Below, piece after piece: positions 35,082 through 49,373 of a stretch of DNA of 64,000 bases; position 1 is the stretch's first letter, and the number at the start of each line of letters is the position of its first letter. Location: contig NC_092371.1 of NCBI RefSeq assembly GCF_030028105.1, forward strand, positions 13,971,884 through 14,035,883. The letters run 5' to 3'. Below the pieces are notes generated by a model that was not told the origin of the DNA, did no database searches, and was given only the letters and a program-made list of their open reading frames with translations. The translations under genes were made by a program, and so were the position numbers. Source of the stretch: Mobula birostris. Lineage: Eukaryota.

Positions 35082-37923
35082 CACGACCCCGTTGGTTTCC
35101 CCTGGGTACTCCGATACGTCCCACGTCGCAGAGACATGCAGGTCGGGCGGGGTTAATCGGCGTAAATTGCGCCGGTGAGTAGGTGAGGGTTAGAATCAGG
35201 GGAAGCCCACACGAGACCTGTGGGGGAGAGTGCAATAGGATCGGTGTGGGATGAGAACTCAGTGGACGGAGGTCTGTGACGCTATCCCGCATAGTGAGGG
35301 GATGTGGGGTTTGGGAGGGCGGCTACAGTTAACGGAAAGGCTGCAGTCTGAGGAGAATGCCTCCCCCCACCGAGCTGTCTCTAGACCTGCACACACCACC
35401 CCTCAGAACCCCGTTTCCAACTCTCTCTCTGCCCTCCGTTGCCGGACACTCACCGATATAATCGAAGCAGCCAGGAGCCAGGCGTTCGGGCAGGTGGGAG
35501 GCAAAGAGGAAGAAGGTGAGGAAAGCGAACAGCAAGTGGCAGTAGTGAGTGGGTACGGAGGTGTTGTGGCTGCAGTCCTCACCCCAGCAGAGGAAGAGCT
35601 GTGGGAGGGGAGGGAAGAGTGAGAAGGATAGGGAGGTTAGCATTCCACTCTAGGACCCCAACGCAGCCTTCCCAGGAAGGTTAAGTCCCTGAATGAGGAG
35701 AGGGAGGTTGTCCACGTAGAATCTTACATCATGGAAATAGCCCCTTCGCACTATCGATTCTAGGTTGACCCTCAGCTACTCATTCACACGGTTCAAACCA
35801 AGGCCAGTCCAGGAGATGGAGCGCAGGTTCTCGGCTGCCCACTGGGCGGGTCTCACCGATGTGTTTCCAAATGGTCACTGAAACTCCATATCCCAAACCT
35901 CACCGGACATCACTTTCTCCCAGAACATCACCGGGTCATCAGCCCTCCAAAACTCAACCCACCTCACCCGTCCCCGCCCTCCCACACAAATCTCTCCCTT
36001 CCCCACATCCAGCAAACCTCGCCACCCATCATCGCTCCAAATTACACCACATCCCACCTCCTCCCAAACCTCACCCCTCCCCAATCCCCAAACCTATCAA
36101 CTGCCAGCTTGTGCTACTCCCTCCCCTCACACTTTCTTATTCTGTCATAATAAGAATATTATTATAACGGGCCCCTTCCTTTACAGTCCTGGTGAAGAGT
36201 CTCGGCTCGAAGCTTCGACTGTTTATTCCCCTCCATAGGTGCTGACTGGCCTGCTGGCTTCTTCCAGTATTTTGTGCGTGTTACTTGGGTGTGTCAGTGT
36301 TGGACTTCCCCTCCCTTTCCCTCCACCCACTCATAGAGGTCCTCTTACCCTGTGGAAGAGCGGCAGGTTGTCGAACAGAAAAGGGTAGGTGAAAGCTGTG
36401 AGCCGGAAGGTCTTACTGAGTCTGGGCTGCTCGACCTCCAGGAACCTGAGACGCAAACCCACACTCATAGAACATAGAACATGGAACAGTACAGCACAGG
36501 AAGAGTCCCGACAGTCCACAATGTTGTGTGGAACTAATTAAGTACGGAATCAAATGGCCAACTAAACTACTCCCTTCTGCCTACACAGTGGTCATATCCT
36601 TCCATTTTCCTCACATGCAAGTGCCTAACTAAAGGTCTACCGGATAGATATGACTCAACCAGCACCCCAAGCAACGGATTCCAGGTACCCCCACTCTCTT
36701 TGTAAAAACCAGCTTGCCCCTGACATCTCCTTTTAAATTATCCCCTCTCACCTTAAATGCAAGCCCACTGGTATTAGACATTTCCTCACTGGATAAAAAA
36801 AGATACTGGCTTTCTACTCTATCTGTGCCTCCCATAATCTTATAAACCTCTATCAGATTTCCCCTCAGCTCCACCACTGGATAGTAAATAACCCAAGTTT
36901 ACTTAGCCTCTCGTTGTAGCACATGCCCTCTAATTCAGCCAGCATTCTGACAAAACTCTCCAGCACCATTGCCAAAGCCTCCACAAGCTTCCTATAATGG
37001 GACGACCAGAACTGTATGCAGTACTCCAGAATCGGCCTAACTAGAGTTTTATAAAGCTGCAACATAACTTATTGACGTCTGAGAGCGCCTGGACTAATTA
37101 AGGCAAGCATGCCATATGCCTTCCTAATTACCCTAGTAACCTGTGTTGCCACTTCCAGGGATCTCGGGCCAGGTACATTTTAACCAGGGGAGTGAGGGAA
37201 TCAATGCAGGGGGGCTGTGATCTGGGATCGAGGTCTGGTTCCCATGATGAGAACCAGATGGATGGCATGCAAAGGAAAAAATGCTCAGTATTTTTTGACA
37301 ATAATAAACCGATTTACCAATTTAACAGCATCGCCATGGTAAACGTGCCTACCTGGAGTAACAGGAGAGTGTTGTGCAAAGCAGGGAGTTGAAGGCAGCG
37401 ACGGGGACAAAGCAGGAGTGCAGGGCATTATTAATCCAACTGTCTGCCATTACGTAGGCCCGGTAGGTGATAGCACAGCCTGTGAAACAGAGACAGAGAG
37501 CAGCGTTGGTAGCGAGCCAGAACACTTTGTCATACAGCAGGGAAAGAAGGCGAACATCAGTGTACACCAGCCACGGCATGGAAACAAGAAAGCGGGAGAG
37601 ACAGACAGAGACACAGAGAGTCAGAGAGAGACAGGCGGAGAGACAGAGACACAGAGACAAAGATACAAAGAGACAGAGACACAGAGAGATCGACAGATGG
37701 AGACACAGACAGGTAGAGAGACAGACAGAGACACAGAGAAACAGAGGCACAAAGAAACAGACACACAAAGATAGAGAGACACAGAGATAGAGAGACAGAG
37801 AAACAGAGACACAGAGACAGAGACAGAGGGAACAGGGACACAGATACGGAGACACAGAGACAGAGAGACAGAGAAACAGAGACACGGTGAAACAGAGACA
37901 GAGACGGAGAGACTGATAGACAG

Positions 37924-37972
<49 letters not shown>

Positions 37973-38220
37973 AAGACAGACAGACAGGCAGGCAGGCTCT
38001 AAAACTACCAAAAACACCAAAAACTACCATGAGATTGATTTTCTCTACTATGAATGCTGCAAGAAAATGAATCTATGGGTATCATTAGGTGACATATATG
38101 TATTTTGATAAAAAAAATTACTCCGACCTTTGAGAGATAGAGGCTGAGAAATAGAGGCAGAGGGAGACAGAAACAGAGAGACATAGAGAAAAAGAGACAA
38201 AGGGAGGGAGAGAGAGAGGG

Positions 38221-38268
<48 letters not shown>

Positions 38269-41200
38269 CGACAGACAGACAAAGAAAGGCGGAAGGAAGA
38301 GATTACAGTTTGGCAGTCACAGAGTACACAAACCTACTTTGCATTGGAATAAAGCGAGTTTTTAAAACAGTGTAACTATATCGTAGGACATGGTGTCAGA
38401 ACAGGCCATATAGGGGTAGGAGTGTGGTAGTTGTAGTGTTACGGAGGTTACTGGCTCTTTATTGTGTTCGGTCTGCAGTCCCTAGCCATTGTCCACTGTC
38501 CCCACACTGTCCACTGAAGGAGATTCAGTGGTTTCAGAGCTCCAGAGTAGCCGGGTCAAGCTAACTAAACAGTAGTTCCTCGCTCCTTCATTAAAAAAAT
38601 TTCGCAGTCAGTGCTAATCATTCAAACATATGGAATATTGATATACTGGCATTAGAGAGAGTCGCGAGAATGGTTCCAGGAACGAAAGGGTTAAGCGTAT
38701 CAGGAGCGCTTGAATGCCCTGGGTCAGTATTCACTGGAGTTTAGAAGAATGAGGGCGGATCTTGTTGAAACCTATCCGATACTGAAAGCCCGAGACGGAG
38801 TCGATGAGGAGAAGACTCGATTAGCTCTAAGGCCCAATTCTGCTCCCATGTTTTTTGGTTTCATGAAAATCAGTTATGGTCTCAGCAGTCAGCGTAGCGG
38901 TTAGTGTTAACGCTTTACAGCGACAGCTCTAAGATTGGAGTTCAATTCCTGCCTTTGTCTATCAGGAATTTATACCTTCTCCCCATGACCTCTCCGGGTG
39001 CTCCGGTTTCCCTCTTCATTCCAAAGTCGTAAGGGTTTGCAGGTCAATAGGTCACATGGGTGTAATTGGGCGGCACGAAAATGCTGGGCCGGAGGAGTTT
39101 GTTACTGTGCTGTATTACTAAATAAATAGATCATCACCTTAGCAACACCCTTCAAACACCTAAACAACGGGCATCAGATCTTGTGGATTTATTGACTCAG
39201 AGTCCCATTAATGTTTGCAGTACTGGCTTATCACCACTGCTAATTTCATTTTGACCTGAGCTGTTGCAGTATCTACAGAGTAACGGACACTGCACCATAG
39301 CTAAATCCGCCTGAGTTTTGAACGTCTCTGTAAACTGGCAGAGTCTGAAAAGTTGGTACAAAAACAATTCTCTTCGTGAAACATTCTTCTGGTTTGACTC
39401 GTAAATGTTCTAAAAACCCAGTCCCGTGAGCGTTACTTAGTGGGAGGCACTGTCATCCTGTAGGCTGCTAATTTATTCAGCCCTGTGCTCAATAACAGTG
39501 CTGTGAATCGGGCCTTTATTAGCTGAAACAATGCCCCTGTCTCTCTCAGCAGTCAGAGCCCCTGCAACAGAAAAGCACGCGGGAAGCAACTCGGTAATGG
39601 AGCCAGGAACGAGGAAGTGTGGAATTATTATTGATGGGGGGAGAGGGAGGGAGAGAGTGAGCGAGCGAGCGAGAGAGAGAGAGAGAGAGAGAGAGATGAC
39701 AAAGATAGACGGGGAGGGAAACAGAGTGAAAACGAGGGGAGGGAGAGAGAGATAGACAGTGACAGATCTGAAGTGGAGGGGGAGGGGGATGAGAGTAAGA
39801 TGGAGGACGGTAAGGAAGAGAGTGAGCGAGGGACTTACACGGGAGAAGGAGGGGGAGAATGGGGGGATGGTAGCGTAGGGTGGGAGTGAGAGAGAGAAGA
39901 ATACAGATAGTGGGGTGGGAAGAGAGAGAGAAAGGACAGAGATAGTCGGGTAGGGAAAGGCAGAGAGAGAAAAGGAGAATGACATAGAAAGAGGGGAGGG
40001 AAAAAGAATGATAGAGTTAAGGGAGAGGCGGAGGAAAGGGTTGAGCGAAAGATGGAGAGACACGGGGAATGGGGAAGAGGCCATTAAAACCGTAAGACAG
40101 AGGAGCAGAATTTGGCCATTCAGACCATCGAGTCTATTTCGACGTTTCATCATGGCTGATCCATTTCCCTCTCAACTCCATTCTCCCGCATTCTCCCCGT
40201 AACCTTTCGCACACGCCTTGACTTATATGAACCTATCAGCTTCCACCTTAAATACACCCAATGACCTGAACTACACAGCCGCCTGTGGCTTTGAATTCCA
40301 CATATTCAGCACCCTCTAGCTAAAGAAATTCCTCTTCATGTCCTTTCTAAAAGGTCATACCTCTATTCTGAGGCTGTGCCCTCTGGTCCTAGACTCTCCC
40401 ACCACAGGAAACATCCTCTCCACACCTATTCTGTATAGTCCTTTGAGCATTCGATAGGTTTCAATGAAATCACCCCTCTATCTTCTAAACTCCAGCGAGT
40501 ACAGGTCCAGAGCCATCAACCAATGCTCACGTGATGTCGTGGTGAGCGCTGAGAACGACTGAACTCAGGTGCGGAGGAACAACGGACGACTCGGATGTAG
40601 AGACGGAACCAGGGCGTTATACATCGGAATTGCAACAGGGCATCGGTGACATAAGTGGGCGACACGGCAAGGCAAATAGTTCTGAACACAAGGACTCCAT
40701 GACGAGTGTTAAACGGGAGTCTTCATTGTAATCCCAATAAGCGGAAAAGGGCTAGTCATAATTAGCGTGACAAGATTAAACGGAAGCATAAGGGCTTATC
40801 GACTCTCGTAAGACCACAATTAGTAAATACAGGTGCCCCATAAACCCAGAAGTCCAACGCTCCACGGTACGACACAGAGGCCCGCAGGGCTCATGACATT
40901 TGATAAGCTGTTCATTCCCCGAAATATCCTTGTGAACTGCCTCTGAACCCTCTCCAATGTCAGCACGTCCTTTCTTAGATAAGTGGATCAAAACTGCTCA
41001 CGTGGCTCAAAACTTCTCACAATACTCCAGGTGAGGCCTCACCAGTGCCTTTTAAAACCCGAGCATTACATCCTTGGTTTCAGAGTCGTAGAGTCAGGGA
41101 AAAGTACAGCACGGAAACAATCCCTTCGGCCCATCTAGTCAGTGCCGAACCATTTAAACTGCCTACTACCATTGACCTGCACCGGCACCATAGCCCTCGA

Positions 41201-44200
41201 TACCCCTAACATCCAAAATGATCTTAAACGTTGAAATCGAGCTCGCATGCACCACTTGTGATGGCTGAGCACATCCCACACTCTCACGACCATCTGCATG
41301 AAGAAGTTTCTCCTCATATTTCTTTTAAACCTTTCACTTTCACCCTTAACTCAACCTCAGTGGAAAAAGCCTGCGTGCAATTACCCTATCTTTACCTCTC
41401 ATAATTTGGTATATCACTATCAAATTTCCTCTGAATCTTCTACGCTTCAAGAAATGAAGTCCGAACCTATTCAATCTTTATAACTCAGGTCCCCCAGACC
41501 CGGCAAAATTCTTGTAAAATTTCCCTGTACTCTTTCAACCTTACTTACATCTTTTTTGTAGGTAGGTGACCAAAACTGCCCACAATACTCCAAATTAGGT
41601 CTCACCAACGTCTTATACAACTTAAACATAACATCCCAAGCCAATATGCCAAAAGCTTTCTTTACGACCCAATCTACCTGCAACACCACTTTCAATGAAT
41701 TCCGGGATGCCTTTGTTCTACCGCACACCTAAGTAACCTACACTCACTGTGTAAGGCCTACGCTGGTCGGTCCTACCAAAGAACAATGCCTCGCGCTTGT
41801 CTGCATTAAATTTCCTCTGACACTTTTCATCTGGCCCAGATCCCGCTCCAGGCTATGGTAGCCTTCCTCGCTGTCCACTACACCCGCAGTCTTGGCGTCA
41901 TCCACAAGTTTGCCAATCGAGCTAACCACATCATCCAGATCGTTGACGTGGATGACAAACAACAGCGGATCCAGCACCGATCTCTGCGGCACTCCATTAG
42001 TCACAGGCCTCCACTCAGAGAGGCAACCATCTACTACTACTCTTTGGCTTCTCATACAAAGCCAATATCTAATCCAATTTACTACCTTAACTTGAATACC
42101 GAGTGACTGAACTTTTTTGACCAACCTCTCATGCCAGACCTTGTCAAATGCCTTGCTAAAGTCCATGTAGACATCATCCGCTATCTTGCCTTCAACCAAT
42201 TTCCTGATAACTTCCTCTAAATACTCTATACGTTTGGTTAGACATGTCCTACCACGCACCATATCTATCCAAATACTTATACATCCGGTCCTTTGGAATA
42301 CTTTCCAATAACCTTTCCACTACTGATGTTTGGATCATCGGCCTATAGTTTCTTGGCTTCTTTCTTGAACAGCGGAGGACTGGAGGTTTGGCTATCCTCC
42401 ACCTCATCTGTCGCTGAGGATGATATAAGTATCTCTTCTCGGGTCCCGGCAATTTCTGCACTTGTCTCCCGCAGTCTCCAAGGAACACCTTGTCAGGCCT
42501 GTTGATTTATCCACCCCAATTTGCCTCTGGACGGCAAACACCTCCTCCTCTGTAATCTGTAATCTTGAAGTAGTTGCCGCTTTGTCTCATTTTATAGACT
42601 CTGTGTTCATCTCCTGAGTAAATGCAGATGCAAAAAAATCTCTTATGACTTCCCCCACTTTTTCGGCTCCACACATAGATTACCATTCTGATCTTCCAGA
42701 GGACCATTCTTGTGCCTTGCAGTCCTTTTGCTCTTAACGTATCTGCAGCACCCCTCGGATTCTCTTTCATCTCGTATACTAGGGCATTCACATGCCTTCT
42801 TTTCTTTATATTTCAGTCCTTTCGAAACGAATGCGAAATTGTGTTTGCATTCCTCACCACCGCCTCAATCTGCAAATTCACTTTTGGGGAATCCTGCACG
42901 AGGACTCCCAAGTCTCTTTGCACCTCGGATTCTTGACTGTTCTCCCTGTTTAGAAAACAGTCTATGTCTTTACTTTTTCAACCGAAGTGCATGACCATAC
43001 ACTGTATTCCATTTGCTCATTATTTTTAATCTGTCTAAGTCCTTCTACTGCCTCCTACTTTCTCAACACTGCCTGCCTCTGCACCTATCTTCGTATAGCC
43101 CCCAAACTTCGCATCAAAGCCATCTATTCCGCCTACCAGATTATTGACATACAACTTAAAAAGAAGGGTCCAAGCAATGCCTCTTGTGGAACACCATTTG
43201 TCACCCACGATCCATCAGAAAAGCCTCTCTTGCTTCTTGCCAATCAGCCAGTGCTCTAACCATATTAGTATATTTGCAGCAATACAATGGGCTCTTATCT
43301 TGTTAAGCAGACACATGTCTGGCACCTTGTCAAAGACCTTTGAAAATCCAAGTACACAACATTCACCGATCTCCTTTATCTATCCCTGCCGGTCATTCCC
43401 TTAAAGACTTCCGACAGATTTGTTAGTCTAGATTTTTCCCCAAGTAAACCATTCCGACTTGGCCTACTTTATTATAAACCTCTAAGTATCCCGAAACCAC
43501 ATCCTTAACAGTGGACTCCAGCGTCTTCCCAACCACTAAACTTAGGCTAACTGGCCTAGAATTGCTTTTCTTCTGCCTTTCTCCCTTCTTGAAGAGGATT
43601 TGCAATTTTCCAGTCATCTGAAACCATTCCAGAATCTCACGATTCTTGAAACATCATTACTGATGTCTCCACAATCTCTTCAGCTACCTCTTTCAGAACG
43701 CTGGGGTGTAGTTCATCAGGTCCAGGTGAATTATTTACCTTCAGATCTTTCAGTTTTCGAGGGAACTTCTCCGCAGCAATGGCAACCATCCTCACCTCTG
43801 CCCCATGACACTCTGGACCTCTCGCCGTGCTGCTAGTATCTTCCACAGTGAAGACTGATGCAAAATACTTATTCAGTTCGTCCACAATTTCCTTGTATCC
43901 ATTACTACCTCTCCAACGTAATTTTCCAGCCGTCCAATGCCCACTCTCGCTTTTACTTTACTCTTTATATATATGAGAAACTTTCGGTGTATAGTACTCT
44001 TTGAAATTGTTGGCTTACCTCTCCCCCGTGGTTTTTTTTTTATAGTTGTTTTCTGTTGTTTTTAAAAACTTCCCAATCCGCTAACTTCCAACTGATATTT
44101 GCTATATTATATATCTTCTCTTTTGCTTTTATGTTGACGTTAACTTCCCTTGTCAGCCAAAGTTACGTCAAGGGTGTGGAAGCATTGGAAAGGGTACAGA

Positions 44201-47200
44201 GGAGATTTACCTGGATGCTGCCTGGTTTAGAGAGTATGCATTATGATCAGAGATTAATGGAGCTAGGGCTTTACTCCTTGGAGAGAAGGAGGATGAGAGG
44301 ACACATGATAGAGGTGTACAAGATAATAAGAGGAATAGATAGAGTGGATAGCCAGCGCCTCTTCCCCAGCGCGCCACTGCTTAATACAAGAGGACATGGC
44401 TTTAAGGTAAGAGGTGGGAAGTTCAAGGGGGATATTAGAGGAAGGTTTTTTACTCAGAGAGTGGTTGGTGTGTGGAATGCACTGCCTGAGTCGGTGGTGG
44501 AGGCAGATACACTAATGAAGTTTAAGAGACTACTGGACAGGTATATGGAGGAATTTAAGTTGGGGGCTTATATGGGATGCAGGGTTTGAGGGTCGGCAGA
44601 ACATTGTGGGCCGAAGGGCCTGTACTGTGCTGTACTATTCTATGTTCTATCCTGCCATTAGAATACTTATTTCTGATGTACTATCCTGCGCCTTCCGAAT
44701 TGTTCCCAGAAACTCCAGGCATTACTGTTCCGCTGTCATTCCTCCACTTTCAATCAGGTTCAGCCAGCTCCTCTCTCATGCCTCTGTAATTCCCCTTACT
44801 CTACTGCAATACTGGTACTTCTGACTTTAGGTTCTCCCTCTCAAATTGCAGGGTGAATTCTATCATTCTACCACTGCCTCCTAATGGTTTCTTTACCTTA
44901 AGCTCTCTTATCTGATCTGGTTCATTAAACCCAGAATCGCTGATCCCCTAGTATGCTCAACCACAAGCCGTTCTAAAACGCTATCTTGTTGGCATTCTAC
45001 AATTGCCCTCCCTTGGGATCAACCTGCATATTGAACCAACCCCCACCCCACTACCATGATATTTGTATCAATGCCCTTTTGACATGCCTTTTCTATCTTC
45101 GGTTGTAATTTGTAGCCCACATCCTGGCTACTGTTCTGAGGCCTATATATAACTCCCATCAAGTTCATTTTACTCTTGCAGCGTTTTAACTCTACCCACA
45201 GGTAATCCCATTTTATGTCATGCCTTTCTAAGGGCGTCCTGCTTTTCAGCGTTCTACCTAGGTCACCAAATTCTCTCTTCAGGCCTTTCCCAATTCCATC
45301 TTCTTTCAGCATCAACTCAATGATACCCACAACGTCAAACCCGTAAATCTCCAACTCCGCTGCTAGATCATCTTCTTTAATTGGTATACTTCGTGCATTC
45401 AAATATAACACCTTCAGTCCTGCATCCATCCCCCTTCCAATTTTGCCCCCCTCTTTTGCACTGCAAGTCATCTTACCGACTGAAACTTTTTCCTATCACC
45501 TCTACATCCTTCCTGACCATCTCACTACGCACTGCATCTACTTGTAAACCCTATCACTCCGGGACCCATCTTCCACCAAATTAGTTTAAACCCTCCCCAA
45601 GAGCTCTCCCAAACATGCTCGCAAGGATATTGGTCCTCCTCGAGTTCACGTGTAACCCGTCCCTTTTGTACAAGTCATATTTTCCTCAGAAGAGATACCA
45701 ATGATCCATAAATCTGAAACTCTGCCCCAGCACCACTTTCTCAGCCCCGCATTCAGCTGCCAAATCATCCCATTCTTACCCTCACTGGTGCGTGGCAAAG
45801 TCAGCAGTCCAGCGATTACCACCCCGGAGGTCCCGCTTTCCAGCTTTCTACCTAGCTCTCTAACTTCTCTCTTCATGACCTCCTCGCTTTTCCTACCTAT
45901 GTCATTGGTGCCTTGATTAAATACATTTTCTTATTTTATTTTCTGACCCCTCACATCACCTCATCCCTCTCATTCTCTGTCACTCCCTCCAGTTTCCAAA
46001 CCTCCACATCTTCCTCTTGCTCTCCACCCCTTCCTAACTCTGTAACTTCATCCAAGAGTAGAGGACAAGGGTGGGGCCTGATAGCCTGAACAGATTATAA
46101 AACCATAATATATAGAGCGGAATTGGGCCATTCAGCCCATCGAGTCCGTTCCACCATCCCATCATTGCCGATTTATCATTTTTCTCAATCCCATTCTCCT
46201 GCCTTCTCCCAGTAACCTGAGACACCCTGACTAATCAAGAACATGTCAACCTCCGCTTTACCAATGACCTGGCCTCCACGGCCATCTGTGGCAATGAATT
46301 CCACAGACTCTCTACCCTCTGGCTAAATAAATTCCTCCTGATCTCTGTTCTAAGTGAAAGTTCTTGTATTCTGGGGCTGTGTACCCCGGTTCTATACTCC
46401 CCCCACTATAGGAAGCATGCTCTCACGACCATTCATTTGAGGTCTGACAATAGTTGTTATGTTTCATTGAAGTCCTCCCCAGCCACACACCCCATTCTTC
46501 TAAACTTCAATTAGTGTAGGCGCAGAGCCATAAAATGCTCCTCGTACACTAACCCTTTCATTCCCAGAACAATTCCCGTGAACCTACTCGACTTTCTGAA
46601 ATCGGTGTACAGAAGGGCGCAGCGGACAGAACTGGATGAGAGTCAGAAGCAGGAGGAGGCCGCTCTCCCCTTCGGAGTTTGCTCCACCATTCAGTAAGAT
46701 CATGTGCACTCTCTCCAGTCTTTGCTCCACCTTCCCTACCCCCTCAACTCCCTGTTGTTCGTCAGATTTAATGCTGGAAAAGCTCAGCAGGTCAGACAGC
46801 GGCGGTGGAGAGTGAAGCAGTACATACTTAGTCCCTGAGACCCTTCATTAGACTGGGCTGTGTTGATAGACAGAGGGAATTTGCGTGATGAGGGGTGGGG
46901 TTCATGTACTTCCTCGAAAATGTTGTCGGAACCGCATGCAAAAATGCAGCTACCCCCCCCCCCCCGACATTTTCTTTTCTCCTCTCTCCAGTGGGGCAGA
47001 AGATACAAGAACCTGAAAGCACACACCACAAAACTCAAGGACAGCTTGTATCCCACTGCTATAAGACACAAGAGAATCTGCAGATGCTGGAGCTCTAGAG
47101 TAACACACACAAAATAAAGGGTCAACATTTCGGGCAGAGACCCTTCGCCTGTGCTCATGAAGGGTCTTGACCTGAAACGTCGACTGTTTATTTCTTTCCA

Positions 47201-49325
47201 TCGATGCTACCTGACCTGCTGAGTTCCTCCAGAAATTTGCGCGTGTTCAGCTGCTTTAAGACTGTTGAATGGATCTCTTGTACGATAAGATGGACTCTTG
47301 ACCACACAATCTAACTCGTTGTGACCTGGCACTTCATCGTTTATCTGCACTGCCCTCTTTCAATAACTGTTACACTTTATTCTGCCGTTGTGTGACCGAG
47401 TCTAGATCAGTGCACTCTATAATGATCTAATCTATACGAACAATATGCAAGGCATATCTTCGTACATGTGACGATATCAATAAATATCTTGTGCCAGGGT
47501 GTCCCTGGGGAAGGAGTACACGATATCCACAGGTCCAAAGGGGGATTTAGAACATAGAACAGTGCAGTCAGTGGATGACTTTCGGACTACGATGTTGTTC
47601 TGACCTTTTAATCTACTCCAAGATCAATCTACCCCTTCCCTCCCACATATTCCTCAAATGTCCCTAATATATCTGCCTCCACCACCACTCCTGACATGCT
47701 ACCTATTCTTGGTAAATCTCCTTTACATCCTCTCTAAAGATTCCGCATCCTTTCTATCATGTGGCGATAGAACTAACCACAATGAGAGCGCAGATGAAGT
47801 AGACAGTTTATGAACCATAGCCCGTACGTCTTTGGAGTGTGGGAGGAGGTCGGAGCAACCCGTAGAAACTCACGTTGTCACGGGGAGAACGTACAAAGTC
47901 CTTACAGACAGCGGGGATTGAACCCCGTTCTCTGGCGCTGTAAAACATTACGCTAGCTCCTACGCTACGGTGTTATACAGTACAGAGGGAGATGGGATAT
48001 GAGGACGTACCCAGGCTGTATAGGCTGAGGGCTCCATAGTCGAAGAAGTAACATACGTGCCGTGCGTGAGCAGACATGGTGCTGAAAGTGTGGGCACAGC
48101 TGGAGGTGAAAGGGTAGAGGCAGCTGACGCACAGGTAGACGAGAAGGGGCCAGGCATACGGCTCGTTGCAGAAGTCCACGGAGTGCCACAGCACTAGCAG
48201 CCGCCACAGAAAGTACCTGCCAGAGACAAGAATTAGAGGTCAACGTGAGCTGGCGGGACAGGAAAGGGGACTCGGTTGAACGCACAGTCCCGAGGTACCA
48301 ACGGACGATCCCCCCCCCCCCCCCAACCACACACCTTTCACCGAATTAAGGCAGGGAGCGCCGAGATACTCAGCAGGTCAATTAGTGTCTGCAGGGGAGA
48401 GAGCGAGCCGACATTTCACCCTCTAGCAGCGGCTTCAGCCTATGCGTCTCTTTGCAAAACCATGGGATCGGGCTGTGCCTAGCAATGTAGAATGAGCCAC
48501 AATCCCGTGACTTATGTTCTATGCTGGTCTCTCTCCCTTCTGTTTTTCTCCACTCCTCCATGTCCCTCGCTCCTCTGTGTTCCTCCGCCTTTACACCAAC
48601 CTCTGCTTTCCAGTTCAGTCACCATGGGGTTGAAAGCACCATGGGTCTCTGGGAAGTCTTTCTTCCACCAACATAGAAAACTTTCAAAATTCCCTCTGTC
48701 GTTTTCAGGTCCATTGTGGAACTTGGTTCCACTAACCTCAGTAATCCTGTTCTAAATCGTGTAATCTCTCTTCACACCTGTATCCCGCGACCGTGTCACT
48801 CCTCACGACCTGTGTTCCCTCCTTCGACCTGTGTGACTTCTTCTGATATATATTTACTCCTCTCTGACCTGTGTAACCTCCGCTTCCCTACATGACGTCG
48901 TCGAACTCTGGAACACACCTAGACCCCAGTATAACCTCTCTAACCTCAGTATAATCTCATCCTACTATTGTAAACCTCTCCCTGAGCCCTGTAACCCCCT
49001 TTGACCACTGTAACCTCCTCCGACCTCAGTAAAACCTCTTCTATCCTCTAATTCCTCCCGACCCTGGAATCTCCTCCGACCTCTGTAAACCCTTCTGATA
49101 TAAGTGTAACTCCCTTTGACCTGAGGATAACCCACTGACGTCAATGTAACCTCCTCAGATCTGTGTACCCTCCTCATCCTACACACTCTCCAATATCTCT
49201 GTAACCTCTGCCGGCCTCTTCATTCTCTGCTCGCCCTCCATTTCTAGCCTCCTGCTCTTCTTTACCTCTCAATGTATGAATCGTTGACAGTTAATTTCCC
49301 ACCTGACCTGCTGAGTTCCTCCAGC

Positions 49326-49373
<48 letters not shown>

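Noticed and set aside
34517-35137. 206-aa ORF with HT repeats
   Set aside because: Driven by the (GT)n microsatellite; no recognisable domain.
37480-38030. 223-aa hydrophobic ORF upstream of PAQR6 exon 4
   Set aside because: It is a translation of a CT microsatellite; only 37353-37479 is exon.
39473-40153. 226-aa hydrophobic ORF
   Set aside because: Low-complexity GA-rich tract, no motifs.
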